From Desulfobacterales bacterium (GTDB taxonomy: Bacteria; Desulfobacterota; Desulfobacteria; Desulfobacterales; UBA5616), in contig JAWODC010000070.1 of NCBI GenBank assembly GCA_046483495.1, forward strand, positions 93,558 to 157,557: 64,000 nucleotides of DNA, written 5' to 3'. Made by a program: the position numbers and the translations under genes. Shown piece by piece: positions 48,397-58,707 of the stretch. Position 1 is the stretch's first letter; each line of letters opens with the position of its first letter. The notes beneath the pieces are model-generated. The model saw nothing but the letters and a program-made list of their open reading frames with translations. It was not told the DNA's origin and did no database searches.

Positions 48397-49617
48397 TTAA
48401 ATGCCGGGTTGTTTTCGGGTCAGCGCCCCGGAGACTCCGGAGGCGGCGGTGAGAATGATAAAAATCCAGAAAACGGGGTTGTAGCTGCCGGCGGCATCAT
48501 ACACAGCGCCGGCCATCCATGCCCCCAGCCCGGCCCCCAGGATGTTAAACAAACTCAAAATCCCGAAAACGGCGCCAAAGGAAGCCAATCCGAAGCAATC
48601 GGCCGTCAATGCCGGATTTATCATCAGCGGTGTGCCGATGGCGTATCCGTAGCATACGGCGAACAGGACCGCAATGCCGATCGTTTCGGCCTTCATCAGA
48701 ATCAGGATGCCGATGATGATGACGGCGCAGGCAATGAGGATGACTTTTCGAATGCCCCAGCGGTCCGCGAACATTCCCATCGAGACTTTTCCCAGCACGG
48801 TCATGGCGGCAATGATGCTGATCAGCATGCCTGCGGTGACTTCGGGATGGCCGATGTCGGTCAGATACGGCATCAGGTGAAGGCCTAAACCCATGCCCAC
48901 CAGCCCCAAAATGAACATCATGAAGGCGATGAGCCAAAAGGACCCGGACCGCAGTGCCTCTACGGCGGCGAGTCCCTGCAGCTTCAGGGGTTTTGACTTG
49001 TCCATGGTTCCGCCGTCGGCGGTCAGTCCCATATCGGATGGACTCGTTTTAATAAAGAATAAGGCCAGGGGCGCCATGGCGATGATGACCCATCCCATGA
49101 TCAAATAGGATGTCCGCCAACCCCAGGTGACGACGATCCAGCTGGTGAGCGGTACCATCACCATGGCCCCGATACCGGTTCCCGTCATAACGATTCCCAG
49201 GGCACGGCCGCGCCTGAGCTTGAACCAGTTGGAAATGACCAGCGAGATGGGAACGATGGTCGTTCCGGCCTGCCCGGCGCCGCTGATCATATAAAACAGG
49301 TAGAAAACCCATAAGGAATGGGCGCCCGACAAAACAACGAAGCTCGAGCCGATAACGACAGCGCCGATGGTCATGACGATCCTGGCGCCCGTACGGTCGA
49401 TGATCCGGCCCATCAGCGGCGCCATGATGCCCATGGCCAAAGAGGCCAATGTCAGTCCAAAGGAGAATTGCCCCCTCGACCACCCCATATCCGCAGAGAT
49501 GGGTTTTACATAAACGGTGAACGTGTTGACGGCGATGCCGAAGACCGTGAAGTTGATGACAAAGCAGACGGCGACAATATACCACCCGTAAAACACCCGT
49601 GTTTCCTGATCGGCCAT
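48397..49617 (-). CDS. MFS transporter (OFA/MCT-like)
   Basis: FYGWYIV start, GRIIDRTGAR motif A, WFKLRRGRALGI, about 12 hydrophobic segments. Confidence 0.92.
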   Translation of the reverse strand: MADQETRVFYGWYIVAVCFVINFTVFGIAVNTFTVYVKPISADMGWSRGQFSFGLTLASLAMGIMAPLMGRIIDRTGARIVMTIGAVVIGSSFVVLSGAHSLWVFYLFYMISGAGQAGTTIVPISLVISNWFKLRRGRALGIVMTGTGIGAMVMVPLTSWIVVTWGWRTSYLIMGWVIIAMAPLALFFIKTSPSDMGLTADGGTMDKSKPLKLQGLAAVEALRSGSFWLIAFMMFILGLVGMGLGLHLMPYLTDIGHPEVTAGMLISIIAAMTVLGKVSMGMFADRWGIRKVILIACAVIIIGILILMKAETIGIAVLFAVCYGYAIGTPLMINPALTADCFGLASFGAVFGILSLFNILGAGLGAWMAGAVYDAAGSYNPVFWIFIILTAASGVSGALTRKQPGI

Positions 49618-49973
49618 GGAAATGACTCCTTTGGGGTGCGTCCGGAGACGGCGGCCGGACGATGCCGCCGCCCAAAAAAACGCTCGCGCTGATCCTGGAA
49701 AGGTGCCTATCCGGCGCACATGTTAAGGTTATGTGACGGCAAGACACGTAAACGAGAAAATGACACCGCGGCCGACCTGCCGCTGAAAAGAAATGAGTTA
49801 ATCCGTGTCAGTCGGACTCAACAGTGGAAATGCACATCGATATTACCTGAAATGTGCCGCATTTACAACCGATTTGCTTCGCTTGGCGTGATCCCTTGTT
49901 CAAGAGGCGGAAGAGTAGATGAGGTTGAAGATAGTCAATTTATGGGGCTCCCGGGAGGTGGGTGGTTGGCGAC

Positions 49974-50969
49974 TTAGGGATTGTCGCCTTCGATGAGTTT
50001 GAGACGGACCGAATCCGAGAGCGCCCGGGTCAGTTTGCGCAGCCCGTCAAAGGGATTGCCCACATCGGATCCTTCGATAATGTCCGAAATCCGTGCTTGA
50101 CCGCCGAGGGTTTCGACCCCGAAACGGCCGAAGCGCTCCTTGTACATCAGGTAAATCCAGAAGATGCGGTTTTGCCGCCGCCGGCCGGCCAGATCACCGG
50201 TCTTAAGAAACCGGTAGTGATCGGCCATTGCCGAGACAAGCTCGGATTGACCCCACCCGTTCAAGGCGGAGGTGGTGATGACCCTGGGAACCCACCCGCA
50301 ACGGTCCCGGCTGCCGAACGCACCGACGGACTTTAGATCCCCCACGGCTTTACGGGCAAGTTCTTCCTGGTCTGATTTGTTGACGACGAGAATGTGGGGA
50401 ATTTCCATGATGCCGGCTTTCATGAACTGCAGGGAATCCCCGCTTCCCGGCTGCACGACGAACACCACGGTATCCACCACCTCTTCGATTTCGGTTTCGG
50501 ATTGGCCGACCCCCACCGTCTCGATGACGACCACGTCAAAGGCCGCTTCAAAAAGGGTTAAACAGTGGCGGGTCCGCCATGCCAGCCCGCCTAAATGTCC
50601 TCCTGCCGCCATGCTCCGGATGAAGGTGCCGGCATCCCCCGGCTCATAGGTAATGCGGGCCCGGTCGCCGAGCAGGGCGCCGCCGCTCCTTTTGCTGCTG
50701 GGATCCACCGAGATCACACCGATGGTGTCACCCCGGCTCCGGTATTCCCGTATAATCCGGGAAATGAGGGTGGATTTGCCGACGCCGGGCGGGCCGGTGA
50801 TGCCGATGACGTGGCGGCTTTCGCGGGCATGTTGGCTGAGTTCCTCGATCAGGTCCGCCGCAGCCCCGTGCGCCTCCGGCCGGGCGTTCTCCAACAAGTT
50901 CAGCCCGCGGGCCACGGCCATTTTGTTGCCCGAACGTATGTCCGAAATGTCGATCGCCGTGTTCATCAT
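49974..50969 (-). CDS. meaB: MeaB/ArgK G-protein chaperone for B12 mutases
   Basis: GPPGVGKST, DPSS...GGALLGDR, ETVGVGQSE, KAGIMEI, VNKSD. Confidence 0.93.
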   Translation of the reverse strand: MMNTAIDISDIRSGNKMAVARGLNLLENARPEAHGAAADLIEELSQHARESRHVIGITGPPGVGKSTLISRIIREYRSRGDTIGVISVDPSSKRSGGALLGDRARITYEPGDAGTFIRSMAAGGHLGGLAWRTRHCLTLFEAAFDVVVIETVGVGQSETEIEEVVDTVVFVVQPGSGDSLQFMKAGIMEIPHILVVNKSDQEELARKAVGDLKSVGAFGSRDRCGWVPRVITTSALNGWGQSELVSAMADHYRFLKTGDLAGRRRQNRIFWIYLMYKERFGRFGVETLGGQARISDIIEGSDVGNPFDGLRKLTRALSDSVRLKLIEGDNP

Positions 50970-51020
50970 CCGCTCGCCGACCCTAAATGATCTTCACGCA
51001 TCGGGGTGCCGAATGAAACA

Positions 51021-51230
51021 CTACGCTTTACGTGTTCCATCCCCATGATACTCGTACCATCCCTTGCCGGTTTTCCGGCCGAGGTGGCCGGCCATCACCT
51101 TCCTCCGAAGAATGCCCGGCGGGTAAAACCGGAAATCTTTCTCTTCTTCGTAAACGGCATTGTACGCCATCAGCTGAACATCGAGCCCCACCAGGTCGCT
51201 GGGCATAATGCTTGCCCAACCCATTGGAAT
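51021..51230 (-). pseudogene. C-terminal remnant of 3-hydroxybutyryl/3-hydroxyacyl-CoA dehydrogenase
   Basis: PMG...DLVGLDV...LRRKVMAGHLGRKTGKGWYEY is the typical C-terminus; no NAD-binding N-terminal half upstream. Confidence 0.75.
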
Positions 51231-51376
51231 GCTCTAAAATTCATTCGGGCCGCATGAGGTTCGGCTGCTTTGTTTGCGGCGCGCCTTTTCATTTGCAAGA
51301 TCCACCGGTATCGACAGGTATAACAATTTACATGGGTTTGTGCAAATCAATATCTTCCTTCCGAAAGTGATGGATA

Positions 51377-51405
51377 TTGACTCTGAAGGCGCCTTTTGCT
51401 ATGCG
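51377..51405 (+). promoter_or_regulatory. Putative sigma70 promoter for ndk-trmJ
   Basis: TTGACT-17 bp-TATGCG with extended -10 TG. Confidence 0.4.
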
Positions 51406-51440
51406 GAGCCACACACAAAATACATCAGCAAAGGAATCGA

Positions 51441-51866
51441 ATGACCATGGAAAGAACCTTATCGATTATCAAACCGGATGCCGTGGGTCGAAAGCTCATC
51501 GGCGAAATCATCAAGCGTCTGGAAGAAAGCGGCCTGCGGATCGTTGCCATGAAGATGATTCACTTGAACAAGGCTCAGGCGGAGGGGTTTTATGCCGTGC
51601 ACCGGGAAAAGCCCTTTTTTCAAAGCCTGACCGATTTCATGTGTTCGGGGCCCGTGGTGGTGATGGTGCTCGAAGGCGAGAAAGTCATCGAAAAGTACCG
51701 GGAGCTGATGGGGGCCACGAATTACAGGGAAGCGGCCGAAGGCACCATTCGGAAGGCCTTTGCCACGGATATCGAAAAAAACGTGGTTCATGGATCGGAT
51801 TCGCCGGAATCAGCGGCCTTTGAAATCGGATACTTCTTCAACACGTTTGAAATCGTGGACGGATGA
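51441..51866 (+). CDS. ndk: Nucleoside diphosphate kinase
   Basis: [20 protein letters not shown]. Confidence 0.97.
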   Translation: MTMERTLSIIKPDAVGRKLIGEIIKRLEESGLRIVAMKMIHLNKAQAEGFYAVHREKPFFQSLTDFMCSGPVVVMVLEGEKVIEKYRELMGATNYREAAEGTIRKAFATDIEKNVVHGSDSPESAAFEIGYFFNTFEIVDG

Positions 51867-52624
51867 CGGAAAAAAACCGGCTGGAGCACATTTCCATCAT
51901 ATTGAACAAGCCCCGATTTCCGGAAAATATCGGCGCCGCGGCCCGGGTCGTCAAGAACATGGGCATCGGGCGGCTGGTCGTGGTGGATCCGGCCTTCTAC
52001 GATCGTGACCGGATCAAAACCATGGCCACCCATGCGGCCGGTGACGTGGTGGCCGATATTCGGCTGTTCGATACGCTGGCCGAATCCGTGGCCGATCAGA
52101 ACTACATCGTGGGGACCACCGCCCGGCTGGGAGGGGAGCGCCCTGTGGTATACACCCCCAAGCGTATGGCGGACAAACTCATCCCCATTTCCCGAAAAAA
52201 CGCCGTCGCCGTCGTCTTCGGGCCGGAGGACCGCGGCCTCACCAATGAAGAAATCCGCCTTTGCCACGACCTGGTCAATATCCCAACGGCCGATTTTTCT
52301 TCCCTGAACCTCGCCCAGGCGGTGATGGTGATGTGCTACGAGCTGTTTTCCTCCGCCAGGGAAGAGCCGACGGCGTTTGCGCCCCGCCTGGCGGGCCGCT
52401 ATGAACTCGACGGCATGTACGAGCAGTTGAAGGACATCCTCGTCCGCATCGACTACATCAAGCCGGATAATCCCGACTACTGGATGAACAACCTCCGCCG
52501 TTTTTTTTCAAGGATCGGCCTGCGCGCCAGGGAAGTCAAAATCATTCGAGGCCTTTGCCGCCAGGTGGACTGGTACGCCCGGAAGTGCTACGAGGACGGC
52601 CTGAAAGACCGGGAAGAAAGATAG
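51863..52624 (+). CDS. trmJ: tRNA/rRNA SPOUT methyltransferase, TrmJ family
   Basis: [26 protein letters not shown]. Confidence 0.88.
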   Translation: MTEKNRLEHISIILNKPRFPENIGAAARVVKNMGIGRLVVVDPAFYDRDRIKTMATHAAGDVVADIRLFDTLAESVADQNYIVGTTARLGGERPVVYTPKRMADKLIPISRKNAVAVVFGPEDRGLTNEEIRLCHDLVNIPTADFSSLNLAQAVMVMCYELFSSAREEPTAFAPRLAGRYELDGMYEQLKDILVRIDYIKPDNPDYWMNNLRRFFSRIGLRAREVKIIRGLCRQVDWYARKCYEDGLKDREER

Positions 52625-52664
52625 ACAGTGCCTGGACACGGGTTTCTCGTCTCACCCATTGCGC

Positions 52665-53192
52665 TCATTTATACTTCGCGTCCGCATACTCGAGCCATCC
52701 GCCGGCTTCAATCAGGGCGCGGTCGAAGTCGGATATCACAAAAGGAATCGCCGTTTCTCTTCCGTTTCCCCGAATGCGGAAAACCGAATCGGCCGGATCG
52801 GTTTCGATAAACGCGTCCGGACCCGAGAACGTGGAAAAGAGGTGATCGACGGTTTCTTCGGGAAGCTCCACGGCCATCATGCCGCAGTTGAACATGTTCT
52901 GCCTGAAAATGCGGGCAAAACTCGGGGCGATGACCATGTTGATGCCGTTCGCCTCGAGGGCCCAGGGAGCGTGTTCGCGGGATGAACCGCATCCGAAATT
53001 GGAGCGGGCGATGATAATCTGCACGTTTTCAAGGTCACGATTCGGATTGAACTCCTCAAGTTGAAGATCCTCGAGCAGGTGCTCTTTCAATGCTTCCTTG
53101 GAAACGCCGGTGAGGTATTTCGCCGGTATGATTTCGTCCGTATTGATATCCGACCTGTCGAGGAACCAAACCCGGCCGCTGAAGTTTTTCAT
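52665..53192 (-). CDS. leuD: 3-isopropylmalate dehydratase small subunit (type 2)
   Basis: DINTDEIIP, NFGCGSSREHA, SFARIF. Confidence 0.9.
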   Translation of the reverse strand: MKNFSGRVWFLDRSDINTDEIIPAKYLTGVSKEALKEHLLEDLQLEEFNPNRDLENVQIIIARSNFGCGSSREHAPWALEANGINMVIAPSFARIFRQNMFNCGMMAVELPEETVDHLFSTFSGPDAFIETDPADSVFRIRGNGRETAIPFVISDFDRALIEAGGWLEYADAKYK

Positions 53193-53210
53193 GGATAACG
53201 CCTCCTTGGT

Positions 53211-54512
53211 TCAGCCGTTCTTTTGTTCGGGAGCATACAGCTTCGAGTTGGTGATGCGGCCGGTCACAGCGGTTGCCGCCGCCGTCGCCGGGCTGACGAG
53301 ATGCACCATGCTGCCCTTGCCCATGCGGCCGTAAAAGTTTCGGTTGGTCGTGGAAGCGCAGACCTCCCCTTCAGCCATAACCCCGTTGCTCATTCCCAGG
53401 CATGCGCCGCAGGTGGGATTGGTGATGCAGAATCCGGCATCCGCGAAAACCTTTAATATGCCTTCGGCCAACGCCTGGTTGTACACCCCGGTGGTGGCCG
53501 GCGAGACGATTCCCCGAACCGTATCGTGAATTTTCTCCCCCTCGAGAACCTCGGCGGCCACCCGCAGATCTTCGATCCTGGCGTTGGTGCACGATCCGAT
53601 ATACACTTGGTCGACCTTTACCGAGCCCATTTCCCGAACCGGCTTTACCTGGTCCGGCTTATAGCCGAAGGTGGCCACGGGTTCGAGGGCGCCGACATCG
53701 ATGGCGATTGTTGAAACGTATTCGGCATCCGGATCGGAAGCATATCGCCGATATGTCTTCAGTGCCTCTTCTTTCGATGAAAATTCATCGTGGATAAACG
53801 GCCACAGGTAATCGACCGTGGTCATGTCCGGGGCGCAGATGCCGGATGTGCCGCCCGCTTCGATGGCCATGTTGCACAGGGTCATCCGGCTTTCCATGCT
53901 CATGGCGTCCACGACGTCGCCGGCAAACTCGATCACGCAGTCGGTGGCGCCGTTCACGCCGATCCGGCTGATGATCGTGAGAATCACGTCCTTTGCATAC
54001 ACACCGTTGGGCAGGTCGCCGAAAATATCGATCCGGATCGTTTTCGGCGCCTTGAAAGCGCACACGCCCTTTAAAATGCCCACTTCCAGGTCCGTTGTGC
54101 CGACACCGGCGGCAAACGCACCGAAAGCGCCGTGGGTGCAGGTGTGGGAATCCCCCATGATGATGGTGAATCCGGGCCGGACAAACCCCTTTTCCGGGAA
54201 GATGGCGTGGCAGATGCCGTTTCTGCCGATGTCGAAGAAATCCTCGATGCCGTGCCGGCGCACCCAATCCCGAAGAATCTTACCCTGGGTCGCCGTGGCC
54301 GAATCCTTGGCCGGCGAAACATGGTCGATCACGGCCTTGATTTTCGACGGGTCGAACACCCGGTCCTTGCCCCGTGCAGCCAGATCGTTGATGGCGATGG
54401 GGGTGGTGATTTCATGGCAGAACACCGCGTCGAGCGAGAGGACCCAAATGTCATCGGAGGGCCTGTCGATGCGGTGTTCATTGAATATTTTTTCAGCGAT
54501 CGTGTTGCCCAT
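53211..54512 (-). CDS. leuC: 3-isopropylmalate dehydratase large subunit (type 2)
   Basis: DSHTCTHGA, IGSCTN, CGACLG, NRNFYGRMG. Confidence 0.9.
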   Translation of the reverse strand: MGNTIAEKIFNEHRIDRPSDDIWVLSLDAVFCHEITTPIAINDLAARGKDRVFDPSKIKAVIDHVSPAKDSATATQGKILRDWVRRHGIEDFFDIGRNGICHAIFPEKGFVRPGFTIIMGDSHTCTHGAFGAFAAGVGTTDLEVGILKGVCAFKAPKTIRIDIFGDLPNGVYAKDVILTIISRIGVNGATDCVIEFAGDVVDAMSMESRMTLCNMAIEAGGTSGICAPDMTTVDYLWPFIHDEFSSKEEALKTYRRYASDPDAEYVSTIAIDVGALEPVATFGYKPDQVKPVREMGSVKVDQVYIGSCTNARIEDLRVAAEVLEGEKIHDTVRGIVSPATTGVYNQALAEGILKVFADAGFCITNPTCGACLGMSNGVMAEGEVCASTTNRNFYGRMGKGSMVHLVSPATAAATAVTGRITNSKLYAPEQKNG

Positions 54513-54545
54513 TCAGTCTCCTTTTGTGCAGCCATATTGTCAGAT

Positions 54546-56342
54546 TCAGTCCGTGTCGGTCTTCAAAACCGCCAGAAACGCAGACTGAGGAATCATGACC
54601 TGCCCCACCATTTTCATGCGCTTTTTGCCTTTTTTCTGCTTCTCCAACAGCTTCCGTTTCCGGGTGATGTCCCCGCCGTAGCATTTGGCTGTAACATCTT
54701 TTCGCAGTGGGGAAACGGTTGTCCTCGAGATGATGTTGCCGCCGATCGCCCCCTGGACGGCGATTTTAAACATCTGCCTGGGAATCTCCTCCTTGAGTTT
54801 TTCACAGGCATGCCGTGCCCTGAATACGGCGTTATCCCGGTGAACGAGCTGGGATAAGGCGTCCACCCGATCGCCGTTGATCAGGATGTCCAGCTTCACC
54901 AGTTCGGTCTGCCGGTAACCGATGATGTCATAATCGAACGAGCCGTAACCCTGGGTGATCGATTTGAGCTTGTCATAAAAGTCGTACACCACCTCGGCCA
55001 GCGGCATTTCGAAAATCATCTCCAGGCGGTTGGTGGTCAGGTACTGGTAATTCTTGTTGATCCCACGCCGGTCGAGGCACAGTTTCATCACGCCCCCCAT
55101 GTACCGTTCGGGGACGATGATCGAGGCGCGGATGAAAGGCTCTTCGGCAAATTCGATTTTTCCGGGGTCCGGATACAGGGCCGGGTTGTCGATGACCATA
55201 ACCGATCCGTCTTTAAGGGTGATACGGTACTGGACCGACGGCGCGGTCAGAATCAGGGAAAGGTCGAATTCACGCTCGAGCCGCTCCTGAACCACCTCCA
55301 GGTGCAGCAGCCCCAAAAATCCGCAGCGAAATCCAAACCCCAGGGCCACGGAAGAGTCCTTTTCATAAACGAGTGCCGCATCGTTCAGTTTCAATTTTTC
55401 CAGTCCTGCGGCCAGGTCCTCGTATCCGTCGGAGGCGACGGGATACATGGATGAAAACACGACGGGCTTGGATTCCTTGAACCCGGGCAGCGGGGCATCG
55501 GTTTGGTATTCCTTGAGGGTGATGGTGTCCCCGGTCCGGGTGTCGCTTACCGTCTTGATTCCGGCGATGATGTAGCCCACGTCCCCGGCCGAGAGCTTTT
55601 TCTGGGGGATGCGGGTCAGCCGGAAGAAGCCGACCTCCTCCACCTTGTACGACGCCTTGTTGGACATGAACCGGATCGTGTCACCCGGCTTGATTTGGCC
55701 GTCCACCACGCGGATGTACACGATGGTGCCGCGGTACGAATCGTACTGGGAATCGAAAATCAGGGCCTTCAAAGGGGCGGCGGGATTTCCCCGGGGCGGC
55801 GGCAGCCGGTGGACGATGGCCTCCAGTATGTCCGTGATGCCGATGCCCTCCTTTGCCGAGCACAAGATGGCGGTTTCCGGATCCAGCCCGAGGTCCTCTT
55901 CGACCTGATTTTTGACATGCTCGATATCCGCGGAGGGCAGATCGATTTTGTTGATGACCGGGATGATTTCCAGGTCGTGCTCCAGGGCAAGGTACAAATT
56001 CGCAATCGTCTGGGCCTCTACTCCCTGGCTGGCATCGACCAGCAGCAGCGCGCCTTCGCAGGCGGCCAGCGCCCTGGACACTTCATAGGTAAAATCCACG
56101 TGTCCGGGCGTATCGATCAGGTTCAAGGCATATGAACGGCCGTCGGCCGCCTGGTAGGGCAGACAAATGGTCTGGCTTTTTATGGTAATTCCGCGTTCCC
56201 GCTCGATGTCCATGCTGTCGAGAATCTGATCTTTATAGTCCCTTTCAGAGATAATATGGGCGGATTCGATCAAGCGGTCGGAAAGCGTGGATTTACCATG
56301 GTCGATATGAGCTATAATACTGAAATTTCGTATGTGTTCCAT
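54546..56342 (-). CDS. lepA: Elongation factor 4
   Basis: [42 protein letters not shown]. Confidence 0.98.
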   Translation of the reverse strand: MEHIRNFSIIAHIDHGKSTLSDRLIESAHIISERDYKDQILDSMDIERERGITIKSQTICLPYQAADGRSYALNLIDTPGHVDFTYEVSRALAACEGALLLVDASQGVEAQTIANLYLALEHDLEIIPVINKIDLPSADIEHVKNQVEEDLGLDPETAILCSAKEGIGITDILEAIVHRLPPPRGNPAAPLKALIFDSQYDSYRGTIVYIRVVDGQIKPGDTIRFMSNKASYKVEEVGFFRLTRIPQKKLSAGDVGYIIAGIKTVSDTRTGDTITLKEYQTDAPLPGFKESKPVVFSSMYPVASDGYEDLAAGLEKLKLNDAALVYEKDSSVALGFGFRCGFLGLLHLEVVQERLEREFDLSLILTAPSVQYRITLKDGSVMVIDNPALYPDPGKIEFAEEPFIRASIIVPERYMGGVMKLCLDRRGINKNYQYLTTNRLEMIFEMPLAEVVYDFYDKLKSITQGYGSFDYDIIGYRQTELVKLDILINGDRVDALSQLVHRDNAVFRARHACEKLKEEIPRQMFKIAVQGAIGGNIISRTTVSPLRKDVTAKCYGGDITRKRKLLEKQKKGKKRMKMVGQVMIPQSAFLAVLKTDTD

Positions 56343-56434
56343 TGGTGTATACGATCTTTTCGGCCGTCATGCCGTTGTTTTCCTTTATAAAATACCCCGG
56401 GATTTGCCCGGGGCCAAGTGCAGCTAAAAGTCGG

Positions 56435-56463
56435 TTGACACAGATACCGCCTTTATATATATA
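56435..56463 (+). promoter_or_regulatory. Putative sigma70 promoter for the REC-GGDEF gene
   Basis: TTGACA-17 bp-TATATA. Confidence 0.4.
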
Positions 56464-56603
56464 CGTAAAATATTTTCAATAAAATAAAGATTTTTATCAG
56501 ATTGTTCAAAACAATGTCAAGTCCGCTGATGCGTTCTTGCGCTCTATTCAGGCGGGCCGAACGATTCCATCCGATTCAACCTGAAAAACACAGCGGCGTG
56601 AAC

Positions 56604-57503
56604 ATGATCGACTCCCATATCCTCATCGTTGATGACGATCCCGCCATTCGAGGCCCGTTGAAGGAGTTTATTCAAATGGCGGGGTATGAGACCTTTACGG
56701 CGTACAGCGCCGAAGAGGCCATGCAGATGCTGGGCACCAACGCCATCGATGTCGTGATCACCGATATATCCCTCCCGGGCATGAACGGCCTGGAATTCAC
56801 CGATCAGGTAAGACGGAAATACGATGTGGACATTATCGTGATGACCGGGTACAGCTCCGACTATTCATATGAGGAAGCCATTGAAAAAGGCGCCTGTGAT
56901 TTTGTCTTCAAGCCCGTTCGGTTCGGGGAGCTGGTGCTCCGGCTCAAACGGGTGATTCGGGAGCGGAGGCTTTCCGAAGAGCGGGACCGAATGCTGGGAG
57001 AGCTGAAAAACCTGGCGATTACGGACGGTTTGACGAAGCTGTACAATTCCAGGCATTTTTACAACCAGGTCGAACTCGAAATCGACCGGTCCCTGCGCTA
57101 CGACCATCCTCTTTCCCTGATGCTTTTCGACATCGACAACTTTAAAAACTACAACGACTCCTACGGGCACCTCGAAGGTGATAAAGTCCTGGTGCGCATC
57201 GCGCAGACCATTCGGTCGAGCATGAGAACGATGGATACGGCGTATCGCTATGGTGGTGAGGAGTTTACCGTTATTCTTCCTGAAACCACCGGTGAAGAGG
57301 CGTATAAAGTCGGGGAGCGTATCCGGCAAAACGTCAAAAAGGAAAAGTTCATTCAGAATTCGAAGGTTCTCACGATCACCATCAGCGTGGGCGTCACCCA
57401 GTACCGGAACGAGGAAAACATCAAGGATTTCGTTAAGCGGACCGACCTGGCTATGTATGAGAGTAAGAAGAAGGGGAGGAATAAAGTCAGTCTTCTTCTT
57501 TAG
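56604..57503 (+). CDS. Response regulator diguanylate cyclase (REC-GGDEF)
   Basis: ILIVDDD...TDISLPG receiver; RTMD I-site and RYGGEEF active site. Confidence 0.93.
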   Translation: MIDSHILIVDDDPAIRGPLKEFIQMAGYETFTAYSAEEAMQMLGTNAIDVVITDISLPGMNGLEFTDQVRRKYDVDIIVMTGYSSDYSYEEAIEKGACDFVFKPVRFGELVLRLKRVIRERRLSEERDRMLGELKNLAITDGLTKLYNSRHFYNQVELEIDRSLRYDHPLSLMLFDIDNFKNYNDSYGHLEGDKVLVRIAQTIRSSMRTMDTAYRYGGEEFTVILPETTGEEAYKVGERIRQNVKKEKFIQNSKVLTITISVGVTQYRNEENIKDFVKRTDLAMYESKKKGRNKVSLLL

Positions 57504-57573
57504 TGTCCCTCCAGAAATGGCTGATTCACTCCATTTCGGCGTTGGCCGAAAAATTTTAATCCTCAAAATACTC
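57503..57573 (-). repeat. Half copy of the palindromic element (one arm, reverse orientation)
   Basis: Near-identical to the reverse complement of 4939-5009; stops at the hairpin apex. Confidence 0.85.
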
Positions 57574-57738
57574 CGTCTCGTTCTCTCCAAACCGTTCCAC
57601 CCTCCGATATTCCACCGAAAGTCGATTGAATTGCTTTCTTGCGCAACATGTCCCCTTCACCCTCGGAGGGGGAAGGCCGGGATGGGGGGGATTAAGACCC
57701 AATCCATACCCCCTTCGAGCTTCTACCGCAAAAACAAA

Positions 57739-58707
57739 TCAAGTCACCTTAACCGTAAGCATCAGATCCCCCCGCCCCCCATCCGGCCCTATTCTTCCCA
57801 ACCCCCTGAGCCGCAGCACGCTCCCTTCCCGGGTGCCCGGCGGAACATTGATATTGAACATCCGGTTGTGAAGTCCCCAGGGGACGTTGATCAGCTTTCG
57901 GGCGCCGGCCGATGCCTCGTGTCGGGAGACGGAAATCGTTCCGTACAGATTGTTGTCATCACCGCCCCCGCCCGGCCGGACGACCTGGAGCCGATGGGTT
58001 TTCTTTTTGGCCGTGGCCTGATACATCGCCTTCTGAAACCGGGACATGGGAATTTTCGAAAACATGCGCAGCAGCACAATACCCAGCAAAAACCCGCCGA
58101 TATGCGCCCACCAGGCAATTCCCGATCCCATCCCCTGGGTGCTTGCCGCATTGAGAAACTGAAGGAAAAACCACAGCCCCAAAAAGAAAAACGCCGGTAT
58201 CTCCACGAACCACGGAATGAAAATAATGGGGATCAGCGTCAATATTCTCGAGGTGGGATACAAGATGAGATAGGCCCCCATAACGCCCGCAACCGCGCCG
58301 CTCGCCCCGATTGTCGGAATGTTGGACTGCGCATTTAAAAATAGATGGGCAAGCCCCGAGCCGATGCCGCAGAGCAGGTAAAACACCAGGTACCTCAAAT
58401 GCCCGAGCCGGTCTTCGATATTGTCCCCGAAGATGTACAGGGTCCACATGTTTCCGAGCAGGTGTAAAAACCCGCCGTGAAGAAACATAAACGAAAGCAG
58501 GGAAAACGCCTGCTGGCCCATGGAGAAATAATCGGAGATTTGGGGAATGGAATACCGGGCGGGAACCAGGCCGTAAAAATAGATGAACTTTCCCAGGTCC
58601 GGTCCCTGGGCCATCTGGACCAGGAAAATCATCACATTAAAGGCGATCAGGGTCGTGTTGACGATGGGATAGTGGGCCGATGGAGTGGTGTCGCGAATGG
58701 GAATCAT
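57739..58707 (-). CDS. Rhomboid intramembrane serine protease fused to a DnaJ C-terminal-like domain
   Basis: HLLGNM, IGASGA, AHIGGF; C-terminus INVPPGTREGSVLRLRGLG...GDLMLTVKV. Confidence 0.88.
   Translation of the reverse strand: MIPIRDTTPSAHYPIVNTTLIAFNVMIFLVQMAQGPDLGKFIYFYGLVPARYSIPQISDYFSMGQQAFSLLSFMFLHGGFLHLLGNMWTLYIFGDNIEDRLGHLRYLVFYLLCGIGSGLAHLFLNAQSNIPTIGASGAVAGVMGAYLILYPTSRILTLIPIIFIPWFVEIPAFFFLGLWFFLQFLNAASTQGMGSGIAWWAHIGGFLLGIVLLRMFSKIPMSRFQKAMYQATAKKKTHRLQVVRPGGGGDDNNLYGTISVSRHEASAGARKLINVPWGLHNRMFNINVPPGTREGSVLRLRGLGRIGPDGGRGDLMLTVKVT

Noticed and set aside
49620..49973. Cobalamin riboswitch or sigma54 promoter in the meaB-MFS spacer
   Set aside because: No recognisable B12-box; TGGCGT...CTTGT has the wrong spacing and orientation
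57650..57692. C-rich/G-rich REP-like hairpin between convergent genes
   Set aside because: Single imperfect copy in the window; cannot be distinguished from a terminator remnant
57250..58338. 362-aa plus-strand ORF and other long antisense ORFs over lepA, valS, leuC and the ACADs
   Set aside because: Shadow frames of GC-rich genes with no recognisable motifs
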